A DNA stretch of 54,904 nt from contig NC_068983.1 of the NCBI RefSeq assembly GCF_001194135.2, forward strand, positions 99,513,281 to 99,568,184. Reading direction: 5' to 3'. This stretch comes from Octopus bimaculoides (lineage: Eukaryota). How positions within the stretch are numbered: the first letter of the stretch is position 1; each line of letters starts with the position of its first letter. This document shows positions 24,700-37,405 of this stretch, piece after piece. Both the position numbers and the translations under genes were made by a program. The notes beneath the pieces are model-generated. The model ran no database searches and was not told the DNA's origin. It was given only the letters and a program-made list of their open reading frames with translations.

Positions 24700-27440
24700 C
24701 TTGTGAATTAATTTCCCCTTAAGGATATATATTTGTCCTTGTCCTAATAAAATTTTGCATATTTTCGTTAAGCTAGTTTGTTTAAATGCTAAATATTGAC
24801 AGATTTTCATCCCCACGTGTCTTAGAGTGCGCGCCTTTAAGCTTCGCTTTGAAGAATTGGTTAGGAGCTAATCTGGCTGTAAGCGCATCAGTTGTAACGC
24901 TTTCCTAAATTCCTCTCGTAAGTTTTTAATTAACTTCTATTCTAGTTTTCTCAAACGCTATAACCTTACTAAATCTTACTGGTATTACTTTAATTGCATT
25001 TATCAGGGCAAACAAGCATTTGTTGTCGATGATTGCCTCTTTCAACGCCCGTTTAATTCATTTACCCGGCCTTTGTAAGTATGGCGCATCTGGAGTAGCG
25101 CGTTTAGCTTCCAGTGACCGGTTCTTTCCTACGAAGCCTATCTAGGGATCGACCGTACAGTGCATAAATTTTTAATTGAGGACAATTTATGCTAACCCCA
25201 TCTACTGGCCTACAAAATATTCTACCTATATGCAATCTGGATGTCATGTTGCAGTTTGCCCATGTCCACATTGGCAGATCCGGGAAATTTAGTCGATACT
25301 TTTTAGACAGGTGGAAAAGTCTGAGCAAATATGTGAGACTTTTGCACTGCCCTCTTCCATCAGTTAACCCCACACAGTCTAAGCGTTCATCCAATATATA
25401 TTTCCAATCTCCTTCTAGCACTAAGGAGCCGGTCGTTTCCCGGAAACATTCAAGATACTTATCGAAATTTAGTTACCCGGTCCCTGTTGGAGTATAGCCT
25501 GAAGATATTACAAGTCTGGAGGTATGGCCTTCGCTGCTAAAGTATCATCAACTTAACTTCTGGGCTCAAGAAGATGGTATGTGTCATAAGATCCAGGCCT
25601 TTCCACAACAAAACAACTACTCCACCTCCAAATACTAGTTGATTTGAAGGATTGCGATTCGGAAATTCTGGTCTCGCTTATGGCCACTACATCTATATCT
25701 AGTGACCTGATGTTGTTGAGAAGGTGGCCCTGCTTCCATGGCAACTCAAGGCCATCATGCACATTTATTTGGCCTATTCTAAGCAAGGTCATGTGAGGCA
25801 GAATGGGGAAGTGAGAAAGACCCATTAATTTTCCTCAGTTCCTCCATCTGGTTGTAGTTCTTCATATAGTCTTTTGTTAATATTTCCTCTCAAGTTTCCT
25901 ACTCTGTTGTGATATATATTTTTTTAAATGTATATGAGTTGTGATATTTTGATGATTTTTATGTGTGTTGGTATGCTATTTGTTGTAGTTAGTGAGTGTG
26001 TGTGATACTTATATGCTGAAGTATGATTCATTAGTTTTGTTATTGTTTGTGTGTGGTTAATAATGTTTTGCCTGTGTTGGTGGATGTTCTGATTGTTAAG
26101 ATAATTGTGAATTTGATTGTGCTTGTGCTTATAATGTTGGTGATGTTTGTGATAGTAGTGATAGGAATGATGGTATTCAGAGTACTGGTATAGGTGCTAT
26201 TGGGGTGGGAGTGGTGCATCGTTGCTCAAAAGCATCTCCCCCGTTTGATCGTATCTCCTAGTTTTTCCGTGGGCGTGTTGTTATCTCCTTTCCTTTTCTT
26301 TCGTTTAGTCATTTTTTTGCCATTTAAGGTTCTCTCCGTCACAGTCACCACACAACATGCCAGGGTGGTCCGAGACGAGGAAGAGCATGTTTTGGGGTGT
26401 GTGGTTTTGTTATGTTATTGATGTATCAATTGTTGTTTGGGGAATTCTGTTGTCTGTAGTGCGGTGGCCCTTGAAGATGGTATTTCTTCTGTTCTTCATG
26501 TTACTATTGCTTCCACTGGTGCTGCTGTTGTTGCTGTAGATGATATATCTAGTCTTATAGCTTGTGTTGCAATCACTATTGCTGCGATTGAATGCTGTTG
26601 TATTTGTTGTTGCAGTTTATGTTGATGCTTTGATGTTGGCAGTAGTGTAGGCCAGCAGTCATTTTCTGTTGTTGTTAGAGATAGAAACCTTGAGGTGATT
26701 GGTGTTTCCACAGTTGTAGCATTGATGCCTTCTGCCCTTCTCTATTAGGTCGGAGATCCTGTTCAGTGTCTCGGTTTCCCCCTGAATTAAGCATCTCGTG
26801 AGGGCTCAAAGCATCTCATTGTTTGAGCACAAGAAGAAGAGATTTATGAACCTATCAAAATTAATATTAGACAGAGACTCCTGGTGTAGCAAAATAGGTC
26901 CTCTGTTTTCTTTTGTGTGCTTCTGCCTGTAATATCAAAGTGTTTGACACTACTTTCTTGAAAAAAGAAGAGAGTATACAATATATATTGCATGGTAAAT
27001 TATTTTCTATATTAAATTATTTTTCTTGCATTGTGATTCAGGTGAGAACATTTTGCTTTGGTATTTGTATTCGTTTTATATACAAAAGAATGGATTCCAT
27101 ATTTTATCCGAGGTAATCGTTTTCCTTGGTTGGTTTCTAATGCGTTTTGCTATGTTGCTATGACGTTCCATTTGTTAATTGGTTGTTTGTGTTAGGTTTT
27201 CATTTGTTGTTTTTGCTTTGTTTCTTTATGTGTAATTCGGTTGTTTTGAAGAGTTTTTATTTAGCTAGTCGGCTTCCACGGTTTTCTGATATCCTGTTTT
27301 TCTCGTCGCGATTCAATTATTTCATATCCTATTTATCTAGAGCCTCTTTTTTGCGGTAGCTATGTTTTAGCAGTTTTTAGTCATGGTTCGGTATTTTCTT
27401 ATCCTGTTTTTGTTGAAATGCTATTCTGTGTATTTTTAAA
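24700..27440 (-). mobile_element. L1/Tx1-clade LINE with ORF1 and endonuclease part of ORF2, 3'-truncated
   Basis: ORF1 zinc-knuckle remnant HQCYNCGNTNHLK (~26690-26730); ORF2 from 25825 LRIGQINV..DIDVVAISETR; GRIFCRPVDGVSINCPQ near 25200. Confidence 0.75.
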
Positions 27441-27472
27441 ACTACTTCCCCATACATACATACATACATACA

Positions 27473-27504
<32 letters not shown>

Positions 27505-28104
27505 AGCGTTGTAGAACCGTGTGATCAGATAAAAACCAACCGTAAACGGGAAAAAAATGAAGAACTTGTTTTCAAAATGATGAAAGTTATTCTTGTTGAT
27601 GATAAAACATAAAGCTGGCCGTTAACCAAACGAGAAACAATAAGATAGATTAACAAATTGCTACAGGACCAATGAAGAAAGAAAAATTACCCAGCTGGGA
27701 GCACATAAATTTGACGTTTACATAGCTAAAATATAGCTCAAGAGATCATTGGCTAAAGTTCTTTTTTTATTTGCTTAAATATTATACGTAAGGAACAAAG
27801 CACTGAAATTAAACTTGTCATCTGCAAGAATTCGCTTTCTACCCTCACTTTCAAACACACATACTCACACTCACGCATATGTACACATACACACACACAC
27901 ACACATACACACATCTATATGTATGCATGTATGTGTGTAAATACTTTTTGTGCAATGGCTCATAATGATAAAGCTATTGGGGACAATTTACACCTACTGT
28001 CTATCCTAATTACTTAAAACACGTTTCTGATAAAATGCATATTCGTGAGTCCATTATACATCTCTCCGATACACGTACCAATTATAATTTTTTTGTCATT
28101 TAAG

Positions 28105-28242
28105 CCGATGAACTACCGCGTACTTTATAATTATTTCGCTCCAACTCAATGTCATCCACCAGACCTCAACACCCTTCACATATCTTGGCAGAAGTGTTCT
28201 GTTCCATACACCAGAACTCGCCTCTTCTTGCAATATACAAAC
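28105..28242 (+). pseudogene. Candidate exon 3 (138 nt, phase 1 to 1) with in-frame TAA at 28128-28130
   Basis: Acceptor TTTTTTGTCATTTAAG, donor AC|GTATGT; reads ADELPRTL*LFRSNSMSSTRPQHPSHILAEVFCSIHQNSPLLAIYK. The phase-0 frame is open but does not chain to the neighbouring exons. Confidence 0.5.
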
Positions 28243-28321
28243 GTATGTTATTTTACGCTTTACATAAAATCTAAGATTTAAAATCTTGGTTAAATGTAAC
28301 TCTTACTTTGTCGGGATTACA

Positions 28322-28650
28322 ACTATCCAAAGATAGAAGTTACGACGACGAGGGTTCCAGTTGATCCAATCAAGGGAACAGCCTGCCCGTGAAATTAATG
28401 TGCACGTGGCTGAGCGCTCCACAGTCACGTGTACCCTTAACGTAGTTCTCAGGAAGATTCAGCGTGACACAGAGTGTGACAAAGCTGGCCCTTTTGAAAT
28501 ACAGGCACAACTCATTTTTGCTAGCTGAGTAGACTGGAGCAATATGAAATAAAGGGTCTTGCTCAAGGGCACAGCGCGTCGCCGAGAATCGAACTCACAA
28601 CCTTGCGATCGTGAGCTGAACACCCTAACTACTAAGCCACGCGCCTTCAC
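28322..28650 (-). mobile_element. tRNA-derived SINE family C with CORE-like central domain
   Basis: Head GGCGCGTGGCTTAGTAGTTAGG..GAGTTCGATTC; CCTTGAGCAAG..TGCTCCAGTCTACTCAGCT. Confidence 0.8.
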
Positions 28651-28749
28651 AGATAATAACAGGAGCTATAAAGGACAATATGCGCTGACAAATACGTAAT
28701 TCCTATTAAAATCTAAGCCATTGAATTCAACATTTCATAACTAATATCT

Positions 28750-29500
28750 GAGTTTTGGGTAAACAAAAAAAGTGAATTAAATTAATCCTGTATATAATTC
28801 CTGTCATTATTGATGATTTCCTTCCATCTACTCATAAGTGTTTTTTTAATTCCATTGGTGAAAAACTCTTTTGGTTTCGATGAGAAGAAGGAAGAGAAAT
28901 CAGTTTCGACCTCTTTGAGCATTTTGAGTGCTAATTTGGGTTGTAGTTTAGCCTGTTCTCCACAGCTAAGCGTCGTTTAACATTTTCATTTAAAAATTCA
29001 TTTTTCATTACCAATCTGTTAAAAAAAAGTGAGATTCGTTCACGAGATTGAAGAGATGAACACTCGTGATTTTCGGTTGGCTTCTATCAAGCCATGGGGA
29101 ACTCATTTTCCAAGTTTGGGCATCTTTCCAAGCTGTTGAAGATGGCAGTGAACAGTTGAGTGGCTTGAATTGAGCTTGCTTGCCAATTCTTCAACTGACA
29201 CAGTATTAACCTTCTCTAGCTCTGACAAAAGAAGCTCATCATCAAATTCAACAGGACGTTCTATTCGTGGCCTCTCTCTTAAGCTGAAATTACCACCTTT
29301 GAACTTTGCAACCCATCTTCTGCAACTTCTTTCGTTCAAGCACTCTTCCCCTTAAAGAGAATGGCTATTTCGAGTTGCTTCAGCTGTACTGTTTCCCCTT
29401 TTGAACTCATAAAGCATAATGTGCTTTAAATGCTCCTTCGATACGTCCATCTTTTAGTGGTTAATTTTAGTAATTAATTCAATCAGATTATTCTGCAAAA
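28750..29500 (-). mobile_element. Mariner remnant with internal deletion
   Basis: RRWVAKFKGGNFSL..RP..HSTVHCHLQQLGKMPKLGK, followed by a C-terminal SRWKEII segment. Confidence 0.8.
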
Positions 29501-29713
29501 AGAAATATAAAGTTAAAGGTTTCTAAATTCATATGAGTATCTAGCAATACCATTTGACATTTTAGAATACTGTAAAATTTGATAGAAGTTACATATATGA
29601 TATTTCGGACATTATTTATAGGATGACTTGATATGTACAATATAATGCAAAAATATTCATATCGTAGACATGCTGATCGATCTCCTTAATGAATGCCATG
29701 TTTGTGTCTACAG

Positions 29714-29847
29714 AAGTAGTATATAAAAAATACTTTAACCTTCTATTTGGAAATCGTGAGGTTGCGCTACGCGTTACTCGGTTTAACTTACCCTTTAGCT
29801 TCTGGGTGATCTTAAAAAAAGAAAAAGAAAATGTGCCATGAGCCAAA
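29714..29847 (+). pseudogene. Candidate exon 4 (phase 1 to 0) with in-frame TGA at 29839-29841
   Basis: Acceptor TTTGTGTCTACAG, donor AAA|GTAAGA; VVYKKYFNLLFGNREVALRVTRFNLPFSFWVILKKEKENVP*AK; the other two frames close within 4 codons. Confidence 0.55.
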
Positions 29848-30617
29848 GTAAGAAGTTCAAGGAAACATGTTGACTGGAGGCAGGATTGGAGTAGAGGATG
29901 CTAGAAACTCTTTTTCTTTCTCATTGTTTTTTCGTTTTTGATGTTTTCAAAAGTCTTATGATATCTCGATAACCTATTCAACTTTCTTATATTGCTTTGT
30001 GAAACTGTTTTTTTTGTTTTTTTTTTTTCACTATTTAGCAGGGTCGATAAAATACATTTTTCCAACGAATAAACGATTCTGACAATCCACAGATCTAATA
30101 TTAGTAGTTTACTAGCATCTAAATGAAATTGCATATATTTCGGATCTTATTTTCAATCTAGTACGAATATTGCTACAACAAAGCTGTATTACAACTATCA
30201 AATTTAACGGTGTTGTTATTTAGCTTCAGATTACCCCACCGAAGAAGCAGATCTATGATCAAAAAGCATTCCAGCCGCAACCATCCCTTCTTTCCTTTTT
30301 TTACGATAGTCGTGTAGGGTTTCAGAGAGATTTGGTTGGCAATTCATGCTGGTCGAACGATTACGCGGTGATTCGTTGTTCGTTGATCTAAATCTAACGT
30401 TGTCAATGGTCGTGTGATTCTTTTGGGTTGTTTTCTCCTTAAAAGATATTTCTACTTAAATGGACAGCTATGTTTATAATAACTAATTAGAATAGTCTTG
30501 GAAAGACATGGTCTATAACTTGGATCTTGTTGAAAGGTTCATGACGAGCCTAGTGAATGGGTTGACTACTTTTAAGTATAGTCAATTTGTGGTTAATAGT
30601 ATTTTAATTTTATTTAG

Positions 30618-30697
30618 GTTGCGAGTATGACAAAGAAAGTTAGGAACAATCGCAGTTATTGCGTCTTGTATCAGAAAGTTAATAGTGGAATGGATGT
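30618..30697 (+). CDS. Candidate exon 5 (phase 0 to 2)
   Basis: Acceptor TTTTATTTAG, donor GT|GTAATA; VASMTKKVRNNRSYCVLYQKVNSGMD bridges exon 4 to exon 6 in frame. Confidence 0.45.
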
Positions 30698-31691
30698 GTA
30701 ATATGATAACGATTTCTTACATCAACACAAATCGACAGTGTAGTTGACTCTTCTCCGTATTACTAGTACTTATTTTATAGACCTTCCCTCCAGGAATAAA
30801 TGGTAAAGGTCCACTCCACCAGAATCCCAACTCAGAACCTAAGACATTTTGCCCAACGCTCTATTAATTCTATAACTCACTGTCCTTGGTGAAAGGTTTA
30901 ATGAGGTTTTTTCTCAATGACTTGAAACAATGTCACATTCTTTTAGCCAGGAATATAGTCGATTCAATCAATTTCAATATTTGTCTTTATTTTATGACCC
31001 CCAGAGTATCAAAATTGAAACTCAACGAGATTCATAAAAGGCTGTGACTGAATATCGCAATCGATTCTGCCTTGGTTGGAGCTATAATATTGATTTCCTA
31101 CTCAAGCAGAAGGCGTAATATTTGGAGGAAGATAAGAGTGCGTAATATAAATTCAGTTAACTCGTACTGATTTTATTGACCAGGACGGGATTTGAACTTA
31201 GAGTGTAAAGGGCCATAACAAAATATTACATTTTGTCTGACGCTTTAACGATTCTGCCCCATAATATCAATGCTACTGATTGCTTCAGAACATAATTTTT
31301 CGTCTGAATCTTGTGTTTTGTCACTTCTTGATCAGTACTCGTACAAGTTTAAACGATTGTAACCCACCGCAAATTCTTCCGTTTTCACTCATTTAATTAG
31401 GGTTACTGATGCAAGTTCAAGTGCGATTTTTCTGTATTTGTAAATAATTTGGTCCTTTCATGTGTAGAGGTATTGTATCTTTTGTGTAAGGCATGTGAAT
31501 TCTCAATGTTCTCCGTTATAATTACAGGTGTCCTACAGGAGAGTTAAAACAATTTAAAATGTCTTCCTTAAGAGTTCTGTGTTCAATACCTGCCATGTGT
31601 TGTCGCTGCTACATTGACGGTTTTGTCAGTTTCTCTTGAGACATTTTTGGGTGTTTGCGTTTCTATTGTCAATATCATATCTTCTGTTAAG

Positions 31692-32172
31692 GGCGGCGAA
31701 CTGGCAGAATCGTTAACCCGCCGGGAAAAATACTTAGCGGCTATTTCACCCGTCTTCACGTTCTGAGTTCAAATTTCGCCGAGGTCGACTTTGCATTTCA
31801 GCCTATCGGAATCATCATCATCATCGTTTAACGTCCGTCTTCCATGCATAAAATAAGTACCAGTTGAACACTGGAGTCGATGTAATCGACTTACCCTACC
31901 CACGAAATTGTTGACCTTATGCCAAAATTTGAAATCAATATCATATCTTTTGTTAAGGGCGGTGAGCTGGCAGGGTCGTTAGTACGTCGGGCAAAATGCT
32001 TAGTGGCATTTCGTCCGTCTTCACCTTCTGAGTTCAAATTCCGCCGAGGTCGACTTTGCATTTCAACCTATCGGAGTCGATAAAATAAATGCCAGTTGAA
32101 CACTGGAGTCGACGTAACTGACTAACCCCATCCCCGAAATTGCTGGCCTTGTGCCAAAAATGAAATCAATAT
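31692..32172 (+). mobile_element. Tandem pair of SINE family A; the first carries an RTE-tail insert at 31813-31846
   Basis: Flank TCAATATCATATCTT(C/T)TGTTAAGGGCGG is repeated at 31671 and 31935. Confidence 0.8.
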
Positions 32173-32176
32173 CATA

Positions 32177-32614
32177 CGAGGATAGGCTGAAAGGTTTACA
32201 GGCTGACTATGAAAGAGTGATGCTAGAGCTGTGAAATTTTACATCCATTAATTTCAGCTGTTCTTATTACTGCACTGTTTCTTTTCAGGTAAACTGACAT
32301 TAAACTGTCCAAAGAAAGTTCAAATGTAACCAGTAGTGACTTCTCTTGAAAAATGGACAAAATTTTAGCCCCTCCTTCCCCATGGATATTCATGCTGACA
32401 CGATTGTTACATAAGGGGATGACGGTCCAGTTCTATCAACATTGCAAAAGTGAGTAGCTGAATTTAGGAGTATCGCAGTGATGATGACATTATATCTGCT
32501 GTTGCTACTAGTTACTTTTGAAGTCTTCTTTGAACAGTCAGATGTCAGTTTACCTGGAAAACAACCGATGCAGTTGTTGACAAAAAAGCCTATGAACTTT
32601 TTTGCCCACCTTCG
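32177..32614 (+). mobile_element. Non-autonomous mariner (irritans-like)
   Basis: TA TSDs, imperfect TIRs CGAGGATAGGCTGAAAGGTT / AACTTTTTTGCCCACCTTCG; DIHADT..GDDGPVLSTLQK remnant. Confidence 0.75.
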
Positions 32615-32999
32615 TATGGTTTGTCTCTACAAGCAAACTAGTATGTTCTAGTAAGTTCTCTTGTTATTAACACCTTTGAAAAACGAAGTATCTCAGCTCA
32701 TCGGAGCTACCACAATACTGCGGTAGAAATATAAGGCCAGTTTAAGAGTTGTGAGGTTCAGGATGGAAAGACTTGTTGTTTTTGTAGTTCAGTCTCTGGT
32801 CAACCCTGATTCCAATCGTGAAAAATTCAGTTTTGTGTGTGGCGGGGAAGGAGTTTGTGGTAGGAGGATATCCAGGACTACATTATTTATTGTGCCTGCT
32901 TTTTCTTTTCTTTTTTTTTTTGAAACGGTGTAGAGTCATTTGAGAAAGATCTAGTTGATATTTCTAGCAAGAAGAGCGACTACCTTGAGCCCTCATTGG

Positions 33000-33575
33000 C
33001 TCAAGACTGGAAAGACTTTATGCACTAAATTGATTCGTAGAAAGAAATACTGAGCAGCTCTCAGAAAGCGGGATGATTTAAAAGCGATGATCAGTGAGCC
33101 TCAGATCAGGAAAGAATTAAGTTTGTGCCAGTCGCCGTCGATACCGCAGGTGTTCTCAGGTGCCGTCGATACCTCGAGATCCCACACTGCTGATTTCCCC
33201 GAAAAATCAGGATAACTGCGGCCTGTCTGAGAAATGATGCCCGCGAGGTGGAGTGGCTGCTGCAGCTAGTCTCTGGCCATTCTCCGCAGCAACGCTTTTG
33301 GAATCATGTCTGCGAGGCGCGGCTGAACACGCTATTTGTTCTGGGGTGTACAGCCCGTTACTGCTCCGCATCTTCTGCTGCTTAACTCTCCGCCCGCACC
33401 ACTTTTTGTTCTTTTCCTTTGATTCCTTGGCGAAGTAGTTATAGGCTTTTTTTTTTCAATAATTTGATATTTTATACTTTTAATGTTTTTTCTTTTTTTT
33501 TTCTCCATGTAAAAATGTTGTTAATAAAATGTGATTCGTAGTTTAAAAAAAGAATTGAATAAAAAAAAAACTAAT
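33000..33575 (+). mobile_element. CRE-clade non-LTR retrotransposon 3' remnant
   Basis: FVPVAVDT..NDAREVEWLLQ..AILRSNAFGIMSA resembles the CRE RLE terminus (LAIxRGNA); AATAAA and A-rich tail. Confidence 0.55.
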
Positions 33576-34140
33576 TAAGAAAAGGGGCGGGTATCTTGTC
33601 TACTCAATGTGGTAGCTGTCTTCTCAACTAGCTGAGACAAAAATGAATGATAGCTTGGTTAAAGCTATGCTGTCTACGAACACATAAGTACGGGAACGAA
33701 ATTTGCTTTGTGGGTGCAAACTCAGGTCCAACCCAAAATGTTCAAGGCGTTTTTGCTGCCCCCAACCACCTCAAAAAAATTGTAGGGAATGCAAGCGCAC
33801 CCCCTGCTCCCGAGTCTATGTGCGAAGAACATTATAAATAGTGTTCCTTAAACAAATTCCCTGAACAATCCTAATAGTGATACCATCCTTGAAGTAATAT
33901 TGATATTTGTAGTGCAATCATTCTCGAAAATAAAACTTAACTATAAAATGAAATTAAGTAGATTTTCTCTACATTGAAGTCTGACATCAAAATGGCACAG
34001 TGATTAGATAGTTTAAGTCATGAAGCTCACATCTAAAATATAGCATGTCATTTTATACTTGTTCCTTTGATTATATTTTGTAAATGTCATTGATTCTATT
34101 AATATGAAATTCGAGATGAGCAAATTAATTGATTTTACAG

Positions 34141-34340
34141 CGAACAGTATTTTGAATGCAGCCAGCTTCACCCGTATGATACCCACCAGGAACTACAAGA
34201 GAGAAAGAAACCAGAATGGCAGGAATTAGAAAGCCGTCGAAAAGCTTTCTATTATCTGCGGGCCCAGAATGCATCACGTGATGAGTATAAACATTCTTAC
34301 ACAGACACACCCACAGAAACTCAAATGAATACACATAATG
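34141..34340 (+). CDS. Exon 6 (phase 2 to 1)
   Basis: Acceptor GATTTTACAG, donor ATG|GTAAAA; 66 open codons EQYFECSQLHPYDTHQELQERKKPEWQELESRRKAFYYLRAQN..QMNTHN. Confidence 0.65.
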
Positions 34341-34631
34341 GTAAAATTACAATGTAACTCGCTTTCAAGTATTTCTTGTTCAGTTATTCTATTATCAAAA
34401 GAATCGCGATAAATAAGTATGTTAAATAATTGCTTGTCTTATGCATAAATACTTATATTAGCAGACGTAAATAGTTGTGGATAGACTGAATAGGAAATGT
34501 GTATGACAGTCATACTATGTTCTAAAATATATTGTAAATTCTGTAGTACAGTAGTATAAAACCAACATTCTTTATATTTAGGTTTCTTTTAAGTTTAACT
34601 TAGTGTTAAACTTAAAATAGTGTGTCGAATA

Positions 34632-34673
<42 letters not shown>

Positions 34674-35189
34674 GTGAGAGAGGGGGAGCATTTATATATT
34701 CAAATATAGTAGGAAACAAGATAACGTATAATTCTAGACATTAAGCAAAATATCAAATGATTAATATTTAATGGACATTTTCAGTTTAAGAGTGTGTCGC
34801 TTATCAGTCTATCAAAATATATAACTCTTCGCGCATTTAATTAACTCTATTGCATATGAAAAGTTTACAACTCGTTTATATCACCGAGCACTCTCTATGA
34901 AGCAATTATGTCAAATAGTTGCAACATTCATTGTACTGACATACATGTATACATATGTGAAGCTCTAATATTGTATGTATGTATGTATGTATGTATGTAT
35001 GTATGTATGAATGAACTTTTGTATGTATAAGTTTGTGTGTATGTATATAATCATTTTCTCTCCCCACCATTTTTTTTATGTGTAATTATCGCCTTCTTTC
35101 CACTGTGAAACAAAGTGCTAAATTTCTGTATTTTACAATTATAATCCTCTTCCTGTTTCTTATTGAGAGCTTTGCTACTTCGAGTCTTG

Positions 35190-35240
<51 letters not shown>

Positions 35241-35291
35241 CTCCCTCGCTTTCTCTCTATCTATAGCTATCTATTTCTCTCGCTTTCTTAG

Positions 35292-35366
35292 CAGAAGACA
35301 TGATTAATGCTGATGTTGATGCTACTATGCGCAACAATTATGAACTGTTTTTAACAAATTTAAGCG
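35292..35366 (+). CDS. Exon 7, short form (phase 1 to 1), NAGNAG acceptor
   Basis: Follows a long pyrimidine tract, TTAG|CAG|; AEDMINADVDATMRNNYELFLTNLS; donor GCG|GTAAAT joins in frame to 42336. Confidence 0.55.
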
Positions 35367-35823
35367 GTAAATCAGATTTTGAGGATCAAAATGTGTGTGC
35401 ATTAAATGTCTTGCATGGAGAAATATTTATTGCCAACAAAGGAGCAGTCTATTCTGCTGTTTTTGACAGAAGATGGAACTTACTTCTATGGTGGAATTGG
35501 AACGACATTCATTATCCGTATTATACTCATCAAAACCCGTCAGCATAAAGGCATAGCTATTACACTTGTTTCTTCAGGCGTCGTTGCTCACATTCCTACT
35601 GGGGAGGGAGACATACAATGCATTCTTATTTCAAACTTCTCTTGAATTTGGGCATATCCATAACACCTGCTTGCAACATCCAAGGATTCGGGACCCGGAC
35701 AATATCTTAAGAGAATCCAAATGATTGTCTGGGATTAATATACAATGTTCACAAGATAGCTCCAGAGGTTCCGGACAAGACATTATAAGACTTTCGTGGC
35801 AATAGTGCTCAAATCATTTTGGG
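35367..35823 (+). pseudogene. Exon 7 long extension, coding-like but interrupted
   Basis: Frame continues GKSDFEDQ..RRWNLLLWWNWNDIHYPYY with TAA at 35546, 35708 and 35786; strong donor GG|GTAAGG at 35823. Confidence 0.5.
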
Positions 35824-35839
35824 GTAAGGTATAAAGTAC

Positions 35840-36078
35840 AGCTTTCCTTCTCAAGTTACAAGGGCCGGTTTCCCAGTTTGAATGGCGTATATATTCCCCA
35901 CTTGGACGGGACGCCAGTCAGTCGCAGGATTACTCATTTTTGCCAGCTGAGTGGACTGGAGCAACGTGAAATGAAATGTTTTGCTCAAGAACACAACGCG
36001 TCGCCCGGTCCATGGTTCGAAACCACAATCTTACGATCATGAGTCCAACACCCTAACCACTAAGCCGCGCGCCTCCAC
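35840..36078 (-). mobile_element. SINE family C head and core with a different tail
   Basis: Head and core shared with 28322-28650. Confidence 0.8.
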
Positions 36079-36339
36079 ATTAGAAGCAAAGTTGACGACG
36101 GCAAGACTTGAAACCAAATTGTAAAGATCAAAACGTATACCAGAGAGGATTATTTATCTCGTGCGCTAACGGTTCTGCCACCTCGCCACCATAACCTTTT
36201 TGGAGACTATCAGGTCATTTTCCTGTAGTAATGGCACCACAAATCCGGCTCCTAAAACGACGAATTATATCAAAAACTTTTGTCAAATTGAAGTATAATT
36301 AACTAACACACAAGTAGCTGTGAAAAAACAAGCAAACCA

Positions 36340-36720
36340 AAAAATTGTGTCTACAGCATCAACAGGCATATGTTGCAGGTACTTCCAGGAAATAGTAATG
36401 CCTATAAACCAATAAGATACTGTTGTGGATGAGAAAGAAATAGTTTACTATCCAACAGAATTTCAAAATTCACTGGTCTATGCTGTATAGATTTTAGGTG
36501 AAAAAGAGAAAAAAAAGAACCCTCAAATGTAACTGCATAATTTTATATCAGCCGCGACTGTGCCATGAAATTTATGCTAGTGACATCGACACCACTATTC
36601 TCTTTGGGTGCACTAATGGGGACGATGTAATTATACCCAGAATTCCACTTTATAAACAGTACAGTGATTAATTAGTAACTCATCAAATAAACAATTAAAG
36701 CTGATAGGACATGGCATTAT
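36340..36720 (+). mobile_element. Helitron Pif1-helicase remnant
   Basis: Frameshifted QVLPGN..DTVVDEKEIVYYPTEFQNSL, QPRLC, GDDVIIPRIPL. Confidence 0.7.
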
Positions 36721-36976
36721 TACTTTTAACCACAACAGCAATCTGTCGGCTGAAACATTTGACAGTTGGAAAATATCAAAAAAACAAGTCGAAATTGAGT
36801 TAAAAAACATAAATCACCTTTATAACTGGAAATGGGTATAATAAATACAGCGAAGGAAAAAAATCATTTTGGAAGTCATGAGGTTAAGAAAAATATGCTG
36901 TAAAGGATAGAATTAGAAGTAGGAAAATGGCGAATAAGTATCACGAAAAACAAGTGAATAATATTTACAATAAACG

Positions 36977-37405
36977 CGGGAATGGCTGTGTGGTAAGAAG
37001 CTTGCTTCCTAACCACATGGTTCCAGGTTCAGTCCTACTGCGTGGCACCTTGGACAGGTGTCTTCTACTATAGCCTNNNNNNNNNNGCACCTTGGACAGG
37101 TGTCTTCTACTATAGCCTCGGGCCAACCAAAGCCTTGTGAGTGGATTTAGTAAACAGAAACTGAAAGAAGCCCGTCGTATATATGTATATGTGTGTATTT
37201 GTGTGTCTGTATTTGTCCCCCCACCATCGCTTGACAACCTATGTTGGTGTGTTTACGTCCCCGTAACTTAGCGGTTCGGCAAGAGATCGATAGAATAAGT
37301 ACAAGGCTTACAAAGAATAAGCCCTGCAGTCGATTTGTTCGACTAAAGGCGGTGCTCCAGCATGGCAGCAGTCGAATGACTGAAGCAAGTAAAAGACTAA
37401 AAGAA
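36977..37405 (+). mobile_element. Full-length SINE family B
   Basis: TGGCTGTGTGGT / GGTTCAGTCC pol III boxes, AAAGACTAAAAGAAT tail; contains a 10-N gap. Confidence 0.85.

Noticed and set aside
28570-28650. tRNA-like sequences (also 36000-36078, 36977-37050)
   Set aside because: They are SINE heads continuing into SINE bodies, with no complete cloverleaf.
31528-31640. Possible exon after TTACAG
   Set aside because: Its only longer open frame needs phase-2 entry and does not chain with the neighbouring exons.
37046-37118. 31-bp direct duplication inside a SINE
   Set aside because: It straddles a 10-N gap, so it is most likely an unmerged contig overlap.
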